A stretch of DNA of 64,000 bases from a virus. Location: positions 1 to 64,000 of the IMG/VR virus record IMGVR_UViG_3300044811_000054. One strand, given 5' to 3'. The position numbers and the translations under genes were made by a program. The notes below the pieces were generated by a model. It ran no database searches. It was not told where the DNA came from and saw only the letters and a list, made by a program, of their open reading frames with translations. Below, piece after piece: positions 8,812 through 18,151 of the stretch (its first letter is position 1; each line of letters starts with the position of its first letter).

Positions 8812-9628
8812 TGTAACCCCGGCACCGAGACCTTCCGGCGCACGAGCGGTTTTGGCCGCTCAACGGATAGACGACGAGCGCCTCGCGGAGCGTGGCGAAC
8901 TCTTCACCGTTGGCGGCCAAACAAGCCGGGCAGGTGTTCGTGTCCAAGGTTTCTGTGGCGCGGTAACTGGACGCCGGATGCGCCTCGAGCACCGCCAGCC
9001 GACCAGCGAACTGAGCCGCCGACAGCAGCGACCCAACGTTGTCGCCGACGAGCCCGTTGATGCTGTCACCAAGTTCTGTCAGGTGTTGTGCGACTGCTGC
9101 CCGAACCTCACCCGGGCTGGCACCGGCAAGCTGCAGCGCGGCCCGTCCGGCACCCGACGTATACCCGGAGGCGATGATGTGCGCGACCGCGTCAGCCGTC
9201 TGGCGTACCCGCTCCGCTCCTGGCCTGCCCGGGGACCCGATGGTGACACCCTGACCGGCGGCCTCGGCCACGACTCCAGCCGCCGCATCCTTGGCCAGGC
9301 TCGTACCCTTGCCGCCCATCAACATCGCCACCGCGGCGATCACACCGGCGGAAACGGCGAGGGAGCCGAGCGCGCCCAGGTCGTCGTTGCTGACTGCAGT
9401 CTCGGCCTGGTCGGCGAGTTCGTCCACCATCGGCTGCGCGGTTACCGGCCACTGCTGCAGCAGGTCGGCCTTGGCCCGCTCCCACTGCTGCTGGATGGCC
9501 TCGGGGCTCCCGGTGGCGGCTGCCGCCTTGACAGTGTCCGAGGGGATGGGCCCACCCTTCGGCTCGGCCAGGATCGGCGGCTGATAGTCGGCGTCCATCC
9601 TGTCGGCGAGCGTGCTCGTCGGGGCCAC
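8795..9628 (-). CDS. MuF-like minor head (head morphogenesis) protein
   Basis: C-terminal ATETLDTNTCPAC...G...C.GR.RCRG cysteine pattern; position between portal and protease. Confidence 0.75.
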   Translation of the reverse strand: MAPTSTLADRMDADYQPPILAEPKGGPIPSDTVKAAAATGSPEAIQQQWERAKADLLQQWPVTAQPMVDELADQAETAVSNDDLGALGSLAVSAGVIAAVAMLMGGKGTSLAKDAAAGVVAEAAGQGVTIGSPGRPGAERVRQTADAVAHIIASGYTSGAGRAALQLAGASPGEVRAAVAQHLTELGDSINGLVGDNVGSLLSAAQFAGRLAVLEAHPASSYRATETLDTNTCPACLAANGEEFATLREALVVYPLSGQNRSCAGRSRCRGYIMPLW

Positions 9629-9637
9629 GATCGCCTC

Positions 9638-11779
9638 CTACCCGGCCGGTTTCGGCTGCACCACGACGTCTACCTGCCGGACCCCGTCGGCCAGGCCATG
9701 GTCGGCGACGATTTCGAAGGTGTGGCCGCGGTCCAGGAGAAGTTCGACCTCGGACGGGTCGGCGGGGTCGGACATGTCGATCGCGGCCGTACCTGCCGGT
9801 GCGACGATCCGCATCCGCATCGGATCATTGCTGGTGCCCGCGAACCCGCTGACCCCGCCAGGGTCGGGTGAGGTGGACACGAACGCGTCTTCACGCCACT
9901 GCAGGCCGGTGAGATCTCCGGACATCCGGTCCGGGCCGAACATCGTCGAGGCGCTGCGGATTCCCCGCCACGTTTCCACGTCCTGGGTGAGGGCTGAGGA
10001 GGCCATGGCGGAGTCGATGCCGGCGACCGCCGCGGACGTCTTGTCGTCGCTGGTGCGAGTCCCGCGCAGGGTGGCGTTGATGCCCTTGAAGCCGGGCTTC
10101 GACCCGTCCTGGTATTCGGTCAGGCCTGCGGTCTGCTCGGCGGTCAGACTACCGTCGCCGCGGTGCAGACCTACGGGCGCGGCGGACAGCGCCTTGGAGC
10201 CGGTGCTCGCCTTACCTGATGGGGTGTTCGTCTTGCCGGGCTCGGTCTTCTTGGCCGGTTCGGCGACACTGCCTGCCGCCGCTCGTGCCGCCTCGGCGAG
10301 TTTCGCACGATCGGTGCCGTTGAGGGCGATGACGTGCTTGTCCTGGCCGCCCAGGTGGACGGCGGCGGCGCGTTGCTCCCGGGTCAGGGTCTTCTGGTTG
10401 CTTTCCGGCACCAGGGCCGCGTCGGCGCGGCCCAGCATCTTCAACGCGTGGTCGACGGTGGCCCGGTCCAGGGCGGAGGGCAGTCGGTTGCGGACCTTTT
10501 CGAGCGTGACGTACTTGCCGATGCCGACCTTCAGGCCACGTTCGGCGAGCAGGTCCTGTACGACGGCGCGGATCTGTGCCTCCGGGCTGTTGACCAGGTC
10601 GACGAAGTTCTTCAACTCGGGGGTTTCGTCGCCGTTCAGGTTGTGTTCGGCGAGCAGATCCCGCATTGCCGAGGCGATGGTGCTGCGTGACACCCCGGCG
10701 TTGATCAGGTCGAGCATGTCGGCCGCCGCCGTCTTGCTGCGCTCCTGCGGGCTTACGGACTGCGAGTCCACGGGCGTCGACGGGGCGTTCGGCGTTGTGT
10801 CCGGCTGCCTGGCGGGTGGGATGTCGTTCTTGGCTGGCACGGTCGGGGTGGGCTTACCACCCGCCGTGTTGTCATGCCCCATCTCGTCGGCGACCAGGGC
10901 GTCCACCAGCTGCGACTTGCGCAACCTGGCCGGCTTGAGACCACGCTCGCGCATCTGCGACTGCAGGTCGGCGACCTTCAGCTTCATCAGGTCGGCGCGG
11001 ACCTGGTCGCCGCCTGGGGGCACATCGGCGTTGACGGCCTTGGCGTGCTGGGTCGGGGTCCCGTCGGGGGTGGCCTTCGCGGTGCCGTTCGGCTTCGGCG
11101 TGCCGGTGGGAGCACCGCCCTTGTCGACGTTCTTGACCGGGGTCGGCCCGGATGTCTTGCTGTCCGACTTCGCCCCGACCTTCGGCAGCACCGTCAGGTA
11201 CATGTCGTGGCCGCCGGCCGAGTTCGGCTGTACCTTCGCCACGACCATCTCGGTGTCACGGTCCAGCACCACTTCACCCGTGGCCGGGTTGACGACAGCT
11301 TTCGTCCCCGCCGGAACGGCCATATGCATCCGCACCGCGCCCTGCGTGGCGGGAATGGTGCCGAGTTGCGCGGGCGCGAACCCGGCGTCGCGGACCTTCA
11401 TGCCCTCCAGCGCCTGCGGGTCGGTCGACCCGAACGCCGAACCCGGCACGAGCCGAGACAGCAGCACATCGTCGGGCAGGGCGACCGTCGCCTGGTCGAA
11501 ACCGGCCACACCGGGCGCGTTCTCGTCCCCGGCACGCAACGCCGTGTTGACCCCGGGCAGACCGCCCAGATCCTGGCCCTGACCGCCGGAGATCTTCTCC
11601 AGGTAGGCCTTGCCGCCCGCACCCTCCGCGTCCTTGCTCGGCGTGAACGCCGAGGCGATCGCCTTCGCCGACGCCCTGTCCTTCGCCGACGCCTTGACCG
11701 TGCGCGACTTGGTGAACCGGCCGTGCTTGTCCCTCGGGTGCTTCAGTTCGTCGAACAGCGGGCGGCCGGGCACAGCCAC
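9638..11779 (-). CDS. Tandem-domain ADP-ribosyltransferase (VIP2/exoenzyme-like)
   Basis: C-terminal domain has EY..INATLRG, TWRG, FVSTS and EVELLLDRG (R-STS-ExE); N-terminal copy is degenerate (FAPAQ, GEVVLDRD). Confidence 0.85.
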   Translation of the reverse strand: MAVPGRPLFDELKHPRDKHGRFTKSRTVKASAKDRASAKAIASAFTPSKDAEGAGGKAYLEKISGGQGQDLGGLPGVNTALRAGDENAPGVAGFDQATVALPDDVLLSRLVPGSAFGSTDPQALEGMKVRDAGFAPAQLGTIPATQGAVRMHMAVPAGTKAVVNPATGEVVLDRDTEMVVAKVQPNSAGGHDMYLTVLPKVGAKSDSKTSGPTPVKNVDKGGAPTGTPKPNGTAKATPDGTPTQHAKAVNADVPPGGDQVRADLMKLKVADLQSQMRERGLKPARLRKSQLVDALVADEMGHDNTAGGKPTPTVPAKNDIPPARQPDTTPNAPSTPVDSQSVSPQERSKTAAADMLDLINAGVSRSTIASAMRDLLAEHNLNGDETPELKNFVDLVNSPEAQIRAVVQDLLAERGLKVGIGKYVTLEKVRNRLPSALDRATVDHALKMLGRADAALVPESNQKTLTREQRAAAVHLGGQDKHVIALNGTDRAKLAEAARAAAGSVAEPAKKTEPGKTNTPSGKASTGSKALSAAPVGLHRGDGSLTAEQTAGLTEYQDGSKPGFKGINATLRGTRTSDDKTSAAVAGIDSAMASSALTQDVETWRGIRSASTMFGPDRMSGDLTGLQWREDAFVSTSPDPGGVSGFAGTSNDPMRMRIVAPAGTAAIDMSDPADPSEVELLLDRGHTFEIVADHGLADGVRQVDVVVQPKPAG

Positions 11780-11785
11780 CCCCGG

Positions 11786-13315
11786 TTACTGCGGCGCGAA
11801 AAGGGAGGTGTCCACGGTGTCGCCCGCGGTGGGCGGTGGGATGGTGGTGTCGAACAGGGTGGGCTGGGTGTCGCCGGACGGTTTGCCGACGCCGAACAGT
11901 CCCCAGTCCAGGTCACCCTGCCGCGCGGCGACGTCGGCGGGCATGCCGGTCGGGGCGGAACCGTCGGCCGGTTGCGCGCCGACGGCTGGCTGTGGCTGCC
12001 CGCCCTGATCGGCGGGCTGCGCTCCAGGCTTTGTGCCGGGTTGCGCTCCGGGCTGACCGGGGGCGCCCTTCGTGGCCGTCTGCACCGGGGTGTTCGGGTC
12101 ACGCTCGGGCAGTCGGTACTCGCGGCGCACCCACGACTCGAGGTTCGGGTCCGCGGCCAGCGCACCCGACGACAGCAGCAGTTGCAGGGACTGGGCGGTC
12201 ACCTCACGGCGGTCGCCGATCCCGGACACGACCACCCGGGGGACCTGCTCGTCCTCGCCGAAGTTCCAGTTGACGATCCGCGCCGCAACCTGCCGGGTGG
12301 CGACGTCGGCAATCAGTTCACCCTCGGACTCGAGGGCCAGGTGGAAGCTGTCGAGGAACGTTTCGCCGAGCGCCCGGGACCCGTGGGCGGTCTGCCCCAG
12401 GTCGAGGACGCCGAGCAGGGCACTCGAAGTCATCTGCTCGTCCAGCCAGCGCAGAAACTCCTGCGTCGGCGGCAGTGACCCGGTGATACCCAGGATCTTC
12501 ATGGAGAAGCCCGGCGGTGTTGCGGCGCCTGCGGCGATGCCAGCCCGGGACGCCGACGCCAGCTGCTGCGCCTCGGACATCTGGGTGGGTGTCGGGTTCG
12601 TGCCGGGCAGGGCCTCCATGACCGGGACTCCGGCGCTCCACCGCACGTTGGCGATGGCGTAGGCCCGGCGCACCTCCTCCTTGATCAGCCAGGAAGCGTA
12701 CGAGGAACGCAGCAGCGAATGACCAGCCCAGTTGGAGCCCTCACGTTCCCGCACGTAGAACGCCATGTTCTTTGCCAGGATCTGCGGTGACTTGTCGTTC
12801 CAGGCGCCGTCCTGGGTGACCCCGACCAGCGTGCCCGTCTTGCCGTCGACGTGCAGGTGGTTGATGGTCCACTGCGGGCGTTCCCACAGCCCGGACAACT
12901 GGGCTGTCTTGCCGTCGGAGGTGTCCGCCTGGAGTTCGAACGCCGAGAAGCCGAACGGCACTGCCCGCAGCGCTGCGGCCAGATGGTCGCCCCAGGACAC
13001 GCCACGCAGCCGGGTCGGCCCCGGCTTGTCCTTGCCCTGTACGGCGAGACCCATACCGTCGGCGACGAGTTTGACCACCGACGGTCGGCAGCCGGACGGG
13101 TCTAACTGCCATTGGGCGCGGCGCAGGTTCAACGTCCACGATTGGATGACCGCGGCCAGCTTCGGGTCGCGGCGCATGCGGGCGTAGACCGGGATCGACA
13201 GCGGGAACGTCAGGTCCGGGACGTGCTCGAGGATGTCCAGGTACAGCGACGCGTACTGGCTACTGCCCAGCATGTGCGGGTCGACGTAGCCCTTGGTGGT
13301 CGTGGGGGCAGTCAC
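11786..13315 (-). CDS. Portal protein (Mu gp29/DUF935-like)
   Basis: VYARMRRDPKL, PFGFSAFE, GHSLLRSSY..WLIKE, GSRALGETF; directly after terL; start GTG 13315. Confidence 0.85.
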   Translation of the reverse strand: MTAPTTTKGYVDPHMLGSSQYASLYLDILEHVPDLTFPLSIPVYARMRRDPKLAAVIQSWTLNLRRAQWQLDPSGCRPSVVKLVADGMGLAVQGKDKPGPTRLRGVSWGDHLAAALRAVPFGFSAFELQADTSDGKTAQLSGLWERPQWTINHLHVDGKTGTLVGVTQDGAWNDKSPQILAKNMAFYVREREGSNWAGHSLLRSSYASWLIKEEVRRAYAIANVRWSAGVPVMEALPGTNPTPTQMSEAQQLASASRAGIAAGAATPPGFSMKILGITGSLPPTQEFLRWLDEQMTSSALLGVLDLGQTAHGSRALGETFLDSFHLALESEGELIADVATRQVAARIVNWNFGEDEQVPRVVVSGIGDRREVTAQSLQLLLSSGALAADPNLESWVRREYRLPERDPNTPVQTATKGAPGQPGAQPGTKPGAQPADQGGQPQPAVGAQPADGSAPTGMPADVAARQGDLDWGLFGVGKPSGDTQPTLFDTTIPPPTAGDTVDTSLFAPQ

Positions 13316-13334
13316 GGCTGACCCCCGCTCACGG

Positions 13335-14647
13335 CTACATGGCGGCGCTGGCCAAGTCCAGATCGGTGGAGCCGGAGCCGTACGGCACCTGGACACCCAT
13401 CGGGCGGCGCCACGTGCCCTCGGTGGTCTTGATGCCGTAGCGAACCGCGTCCAAACCGTGGTCGTCGACCTTGATCGGGGCGTCCACGCCGCGCATAGCC
13501 TTCTTCTCGTCCCACGAGTAGCCGGGGAACTCGTCGATCAGGTGCTTGCAGGACCGGTGAACCTTGAGCTTCCCGGCGCCGAGAACGCTGGACACCAGAC
13601 GGATACCGTCGGCCACCGCGTTGTCGGCAGGCGTCGGTGTCATCCGGTCGCGCCACAACTGCTCGATGAACGAGGCCGCCGACGGGTCGACGACGATCGC
13701 CTCCGGCGTGACCCCAGCGACGTGGTGTCCCGGCTGCCGGTACTCGGCCAGCCACCGCTTCAGCTCCGCGGAGTACTCGGCGTCCGTCATCGACCGGCGG
13801 GTGTCGCGCGCGCTGTGCCGCCACTCCGACGCGACGTAGATCGTCTGCGAGGCGTCGATTCCGAGCAGAAGGGCGTGGAGCGGGTTAGACGTTCCATAAT
13901 CTACCGACGCGCAGATCCACCGCCAGATCGGCGGGAGCAGGTCGATGACGTGGCGGTCCGGGTCCCACATGTCGTAGACGGCGCCCTCGGCCGAAACCCA
14001 CAGGCCAAGGACCATGCGCTTGAACCACATGCCGGTGAACTCGGCCTTGATGGCGGCCAGGTACTCGGGAGCGAGTGACGGGTTGTCGTCTAGCGTGAAG
14101 TGGAAGTGCGCCAGGTCAAGCTCGCCGGCACGCTGAATGAACTCCTTGCGAAGCCAGTGCGCAGGCCCATCGGGGTTGGTTGTCAAAAGAAGGCGTGCAC
14201 CGGGAACGGAGAGTCGCGCCAGGAACTGCGTGAAGAACGCTTTCGGGACAAGAGTGGCCTCATCGATCATCCCTAGACAGGCGGTCAAGCCTCGAAGGCG
14301 ACCCTCGCTGCGGGCATCGTTGGCGCCGATGAGGTGCACCGTGCGACCGAGGATGGTCGCAACGTTCGATCCCCGCGTGTGCTGCACCGTGTCGGCAACG
14401 GCGCCGAACAGGGCCAAGTCCTGAAGTGGATCGAGCAGGTTACGTTCGATCGTCTGAAGCGTCCTGCCCGCAACGATAATGAGCCCCGAACGGGGCGCCT
14501 CCCTGAGGGCCAGAACAAAGGCAATCAGGGAGGCGATTGTTTTCCCGAGCGGACAGCTCCACTCCAAAGCGAAATTCGGCTATGCCGCGACTGGACGATC
14601 GAAGCGATCTGCTTCGCTGAGAGCGCGAGCGAGGGGGTCGGGTTCAT
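13335..14647 (-). CDS. terL: Terminase large subunit (PBSX-like), split by a -1 frameshift at 14540-14546
   Basis: Frame from ATG 14647 gives LWSGAVRSGK then stops; the -1 frame continues GKTIASL...MIDEA...TTNPDGP...SVDYG...DDHGLDAVRY. Confidence 0.9.
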
Positions 14648-15320
14648 ACGGCCATGCATCCGACTTGCTGCGGTTGCAGGTGCTGCACGATGGCCGCAAA
14701 TTCGCAGGCCAGTTCGAGCCGCCTCCAGCGAGCGGCTTGACGTGATCCGTGTCGGTTGCCGGGGCTCCGCACATCCAACACCGCCCGCCGTAGTAGTCCC
14801 ACCGGGCCGCGCCCTGGACGGCGGTCGACTTTCCCGGCGCGTTCTTGATCCGGGCGTAACGAGCAGCGTTCTGGGCGCGGATCTGGTGCCGCAAGCGCTC
14901 AGGGTTGTTCTTCCGCCACGCACGCTTGATCTCGTTCGCGCGCTCCTTGTCTATGGAACGGTAGTAGCGGCGCTTGTTGGCTTTGATCCGGTCTCGCACG
15001 CCTGGCTGGTCGATCCACGCTTTCCGCGCGACCGCGCGGGCAACCCTGCTCTCGGTCCGCCGCCGAATCGTGCAGGCTATGCAAACACCGTCGAAGCCAG
15101 TCTTTGTTGCCCGATTGCGGTAGAAGCCGTCGGGCTCCTTGTAGGTCTCGCAGCGGGAGCACCAGAGCTGACCATCTTCGCGACGGTCGTCCCGGCACGG
15201 GTGGTCAGGCTGAACATCTCCGTGGCGCCGCCGTCGCATGTCGTGCATGCCGCAAAGCTCGCGGCTCTTGACCTTGACGGGTCGCGTGCATTCCTGCACA
15301 CAGCAGGTATCGTCGGGCAT
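14580..15320 (-). CDS. HNH endonuclease inserted between terS and terL
   Basis: CWMCG...DHVKPLAGGGSNWPANLRPSCSTCNRSK; N-terminal Zn-finger motifs; overlaps the terL 5' end by 68 nt. Confidence 0.9.
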   Translation of the reverse strand: MPDDTCCVQECTRPVKVKSRELCGMHDMRRRRHGDVQPDHPCRDDRREDGQLWCSRCETYKEPDGFYRNRATKTGFDGVCIACTIRRRTESRVARAVARKAWIDQPGVRDRIKANKRRYYRSIDKERANEIKRAWRKNNPERLRHQIRAQNAARYARIKNAPGKSTAVQGAARWDYYGGRCWMCGAPATDTDHVKPLAGGGSNWPANLRPSCSTCNRSKSDAWPYEPDPLARALSEADRFDRPVAA

Positions 15321-15382
15321 GTCGGACCCCTCGCATGGGTTCGGCCATAGCCCGGGGCGAGGTGCAACTCGTCGCCGGGCCC

Positions 15383-15922
15383 TTACATTTCTATTCTATC
15401 GGAATCGGCGCTTTTATCCGATGCGCCACCGAGTGATTCGTAGGCAGTCTGCAGGCCGTTTGCGACTGCATCGAGTAGAGACGAAGCCGCGTCGCTGCTC
15501 GCTGAGTCATGTCGCTCGAGTACCAAGTGCTTGTCGATCGCGGTCGCCGCCGACACCATCAGATTCTTCAAGTCGCCGGTCGGTGGCTTCTTGAGCAGAT
15601 GTTCCTCGTAGGTGTTGTCCTTGCCGCCGAAGTTGAATACCAAGTGCGGCTCGTCCATCTGATCAAGAAGTTCGTTGGTCTTGTCGAGGAACCGGCGAGC
15701 GGTCGACACGCGAAGGGCTTTGCTGTCGATGGCTGCCGCGCGCGTAGCGTTTTCGGTCTGTAGCCGACTAAACGCGTCGACGACGCCTGCCCGCTTGGCG
15801 ATGTTTCCGACAGTCTGCGGGTTGACCCCATGATCACGAGCTATCTGCGCGCGACCCTTGGTCCCGGCTTTGATGTCGGCGAGGATCGCCGCGCGCTTGT
15901 CGTCGGGGAGGCGGGGCGGCAC
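15383..15922 (-). CDS. terS: Probable terminase small subunit
   Basis: N-terminal HTH (RAQIARDHGVNPQTVGNIA) plus helical body; position upstream of terL. Confidence 0.7.
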   Translation of the reverse strand: MPPRLPDDKRAAILADIKAGTKGRAQIARDHGVNPQTVGNIAKRAGVVDAFSRLQTENATRAAAIDSKALRVSTARRFLDKTNELLDQMDEPHLVFNFGGKDNTYEEHLLKKPPTGDLKNLMVSAATAIDKHLVLERHDSASSDAASSLLDAVANGLQTAYESLGGASDKSADSDRIEM

Positions 15923-15997
15923 ACGCTCTCACCCCGATCCTCACTCTAGGTCATGATTGTTGCTGTAGACCCGGGTTGAAGATCACTAACGCTTACT

Positions 15998-16058
15998 CTC
16001 CGTAGACGGCGCGGGCCGCGGCGTTCGCAGCAGCACGGCCCGTACGCCATCCACGGAG
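15998..16058 (-). terminator. Long GU-containing RNA hairpin upstream of terS
   Basis: Three stacked stems (8, 6 and 9 bp) that pair fully only on the minus strand using G-U pairs. Confidence 0.55.
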
Positions 16059-16391
16059 TTACGCGGTCGGCTCGTCGCCCACCGGGGCCGTCTCGACCGG
16101 AGTCGTCGGCTCGACGGGTGCTGCGACTGGCTCGAAACCGTCGTCGGCGGTGTCCGCCGCGGTCTTCATGTCGTCGAGCGACGTGGAGATCTGGTCTGCG
16201 AGTGCCTGCATCTCCGGGGTGACGGTGCCGCTGTTGGCGAGGGCGTCGGCCAACTGCTGCTGCAGGTCAGCGATCTGCCCGTCGAGGCGGTTGATGCCGT
16301 TGTGCAGGTTCAGGAAGGACGCCTGCTGGGCGGCGGACGCCTCGGAGGTCTGGGTGACGAGGCCGTTGAGGACGGTGAGCCAGTCGGACAT
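16059..16391 (-). CDS. Acidic coiled-coil hypothetical protein
   Basis: Start MSDWLTVL after GGAG. Confidence 0.6.
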   Translation of the reverse strand: MSDWLTVLNGLVTQTSEASAAQQASFLNLHNGINRLDGQIADLQQQLADALANSGTVTPEMQALADQISTSLDDMKTAADTADDGFEPVAAPVEPTTPVETAPVGDEPTA

Positions 16392-16735
16392 GGTCGACTC
16401 CAATCGGGGCAGGGCGTCCGTGCCGAGGTAGCTGCGGACGCCGGTTCGGATGTGCTCGCGGAGCTGGTCGAACATGCGACTGGCCTTCCGCTCAGGGATT
16501 CGTTCGGGTGCCGCAGCGCTCGACGAGGCGGCATGTGAGCGCCTTCAAGTCGGCGGTGAGCGCTTCGGGGGCGTAGTGACTGTTCCCGGCCACGACAAGG
16601 TGCCCGAGGCTGCAGACGGTGAGCGGGCGTTCAGCCGTACCTGCACCGACCAGGAGGCCGAGGCTGAAGGCGAGGGTCGGGTTGAGGATCTCCACGCTGC
16701 CTCGCCTTCGCGCTTCACGGGGACTGCCCCCGGAA

Positions 16736-16772
16736 ATGCAAAAGGCCCGCCGAGCGGCAGCTCAGGCGGGCG
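16736..16772 (-). terminator. Terminator-like hairpin at the start of the late region
   Basis: Minus strand GCCCGCC...GGCGGGCCTTTTGCAT. Confidence 0.55.
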
Positions 16773-16817
16773 ATCAAGACAGCGGTACTAGCGCGAAACA
16801 TATGCGCAAAACACAGT

Positions 16818-17243
16818 TCACCGCAAGTCTCGAGCCCGGGTGTGTTGCGCGCGCCGCACGATCGCCGCAGCCTCCAAGACTCGTCCGGCGAGGTAGGTGC
16901 GTTCCCGTCCGCGCTTCTTGAACCGAGGCAGCAGCGGCTTGTCCCGGTCGGTGGGGTGCTTCGCGCACGCCCATTTGCGGATGGTGTCCGGGTGGACCCG
17001 GACAAGTTCGGCGGCCTCAGCGGTGGTGAGTTCCCGGTCCGGGTCGACGATGTCGGGTTTCTCCAGCATCCAGTCCTCGCCGAAGCTGACCGCGGTGTCG
17101 TCGAGGATGTCGCAGGCGCCGACGTCGAGCGCCCTGAGCCGGGCCCGGTACATCCCGGCGACCTTCCGGGCCCGGTCCAGGGCGGTGTCCAGCGGGTACG
17201 GCCAGAGCGATCTGCGGTCTTGTCTGTCGAGGTCAGGGTTCAT
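16818..17243 (-). CDS. HTH DNA-binding protein (possible late regulator)
   Basis: LTTAEAAELVRVHPDTIRKWA; last early gene before packaging genes. Confidence 0.7.
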   Translation of the reverse strand: MNPDLDRQDRRSLWPYPLDTALDRARKVAGMYRARLRALDVGACDILDDTAVSFGEDWMLEKPDIVDPDRELTTAEAAELVRVHPDTIRKWACAKHPTDRDKPLLPRFKKRGRERTYLAGRVLEAAAIVRRAQHTRARDLR

Positions 17244-18037
17244 GCGGCGATCCGGACGAGGGTGTCGGGCCAGAGCAGGCCGGTCATGTAGATCTCGTAG
17301 TCCGGGTATGGGCGGGTGGCGTGGCAGCGGTCGCAGCCGACCTGCATCGGGTCTTCAAACCGGAGCGGTTCACTGCGAAGCAGGGGCCCGTCGACGCCCT
17401 GGACAGGCTTGGCCTTGCACGCCCAGCACTCACCGGGAATCCAGAACGTGCGTCGGGTGCGCCCCAGGGTGGACTTCGCCCGGCCGTGCAGGCCGGCGAT
17501 CTGCAGGACCGCCTCCCAGCCGGCTACGTCGACCGGGTCGTCCTCGACGCCGGTGGGGCAGACGGCGGTGGCGGGTATCAGCGACAGTGCCCGTAGGTGT
17601 GGGCCGAGGATGCCAACCGCGCGTTGCAGTTGGGCGCCGCCGCGCATCTTCGCCGGGGGCGGGGGCCTGCTGAGGGTGGTGTGCCAGTCGGCGATCGGGG
17701 CGAGCACTGACGGGTCGGACAGATGTGCGGCGACCCGGACCTCGTACTCCCAGGTGGTGGCGACGTGCACCATTTCGGCTTGGAGGGCTTCGACGTGGGC
17801 GACCAGCAGCATCTGCTTCTCTTTGCTGCCGGCGGTCTTCTCGGTGATGGCCTGCGACATGGCCGCTTCGTGGAGTTGGGCGAGGTCGAGGTAGTCGTAG
17901 ACCAGGGAGCGGGTGTCGCGTCCGGCGTCGTCGAGGCAGGCCGGGCAGAGCGGCTCGGTGGTCGGGCGGGCGTGTTTGCCGACCGGGTCGTACGCCTTGC
18001 AGCGGGTTTCGCTGAGACAGGTCCGCGTGTCGTCCAT
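17240..18037 (-). CDS. Zn-binding hypothetical protein
   Basis: Several CxxC motifs; coupled to the HTH gene. Confidence 0.65.
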   Translation of the reverse strand: MDDTRTCLSETRCKAYDPVGKHARPTTEPLCPACLDDAGRDTRSLVYDYLDLAQLHEAAMSQAITEKTAGSKEKQMLLVAHVEALQAEMVHVATTWEYEVRVAAHLSDPSVLAPIADWHTTLSRPPPPAKMRGGAQLQRAVGILGPHLRALSLIPATAVCPTGVEDDPVDVAGWEAVLQIAGLHGRAKSTLGRTRRTFWIPGECWACKAKPVQGVDGPLLRSEPLRFEDPMQVGCDRCHATRPYPDYEIYMTGLLWPDTLVRIAA

Positions 18038-18151
18038 TGGTGCACCCCATTCGCGCAGCTAGCGGCTATCCTCGCTGGTGCGCGACAGGTGGCAGGTTCT
18101 AGCAAGGGTGCTAGTGGACGGCGTCGGGATGCGAGTTCCGACGCCGTCTCG

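Noticed and set aside
9612-12478. Long plus-strand ORFs (656 aa, 534 aa) and similar ones at 21802, 36515, 37437 and 46383
   Set aside because: Antisense shadows of real high-GC genes, with no motifs
13335-14567. ORF-track terminase start (MEWSCPLGKT)
   Set aside because: Lacks most of Walker A; the true N-terminus is in the adjacent frame from 14647
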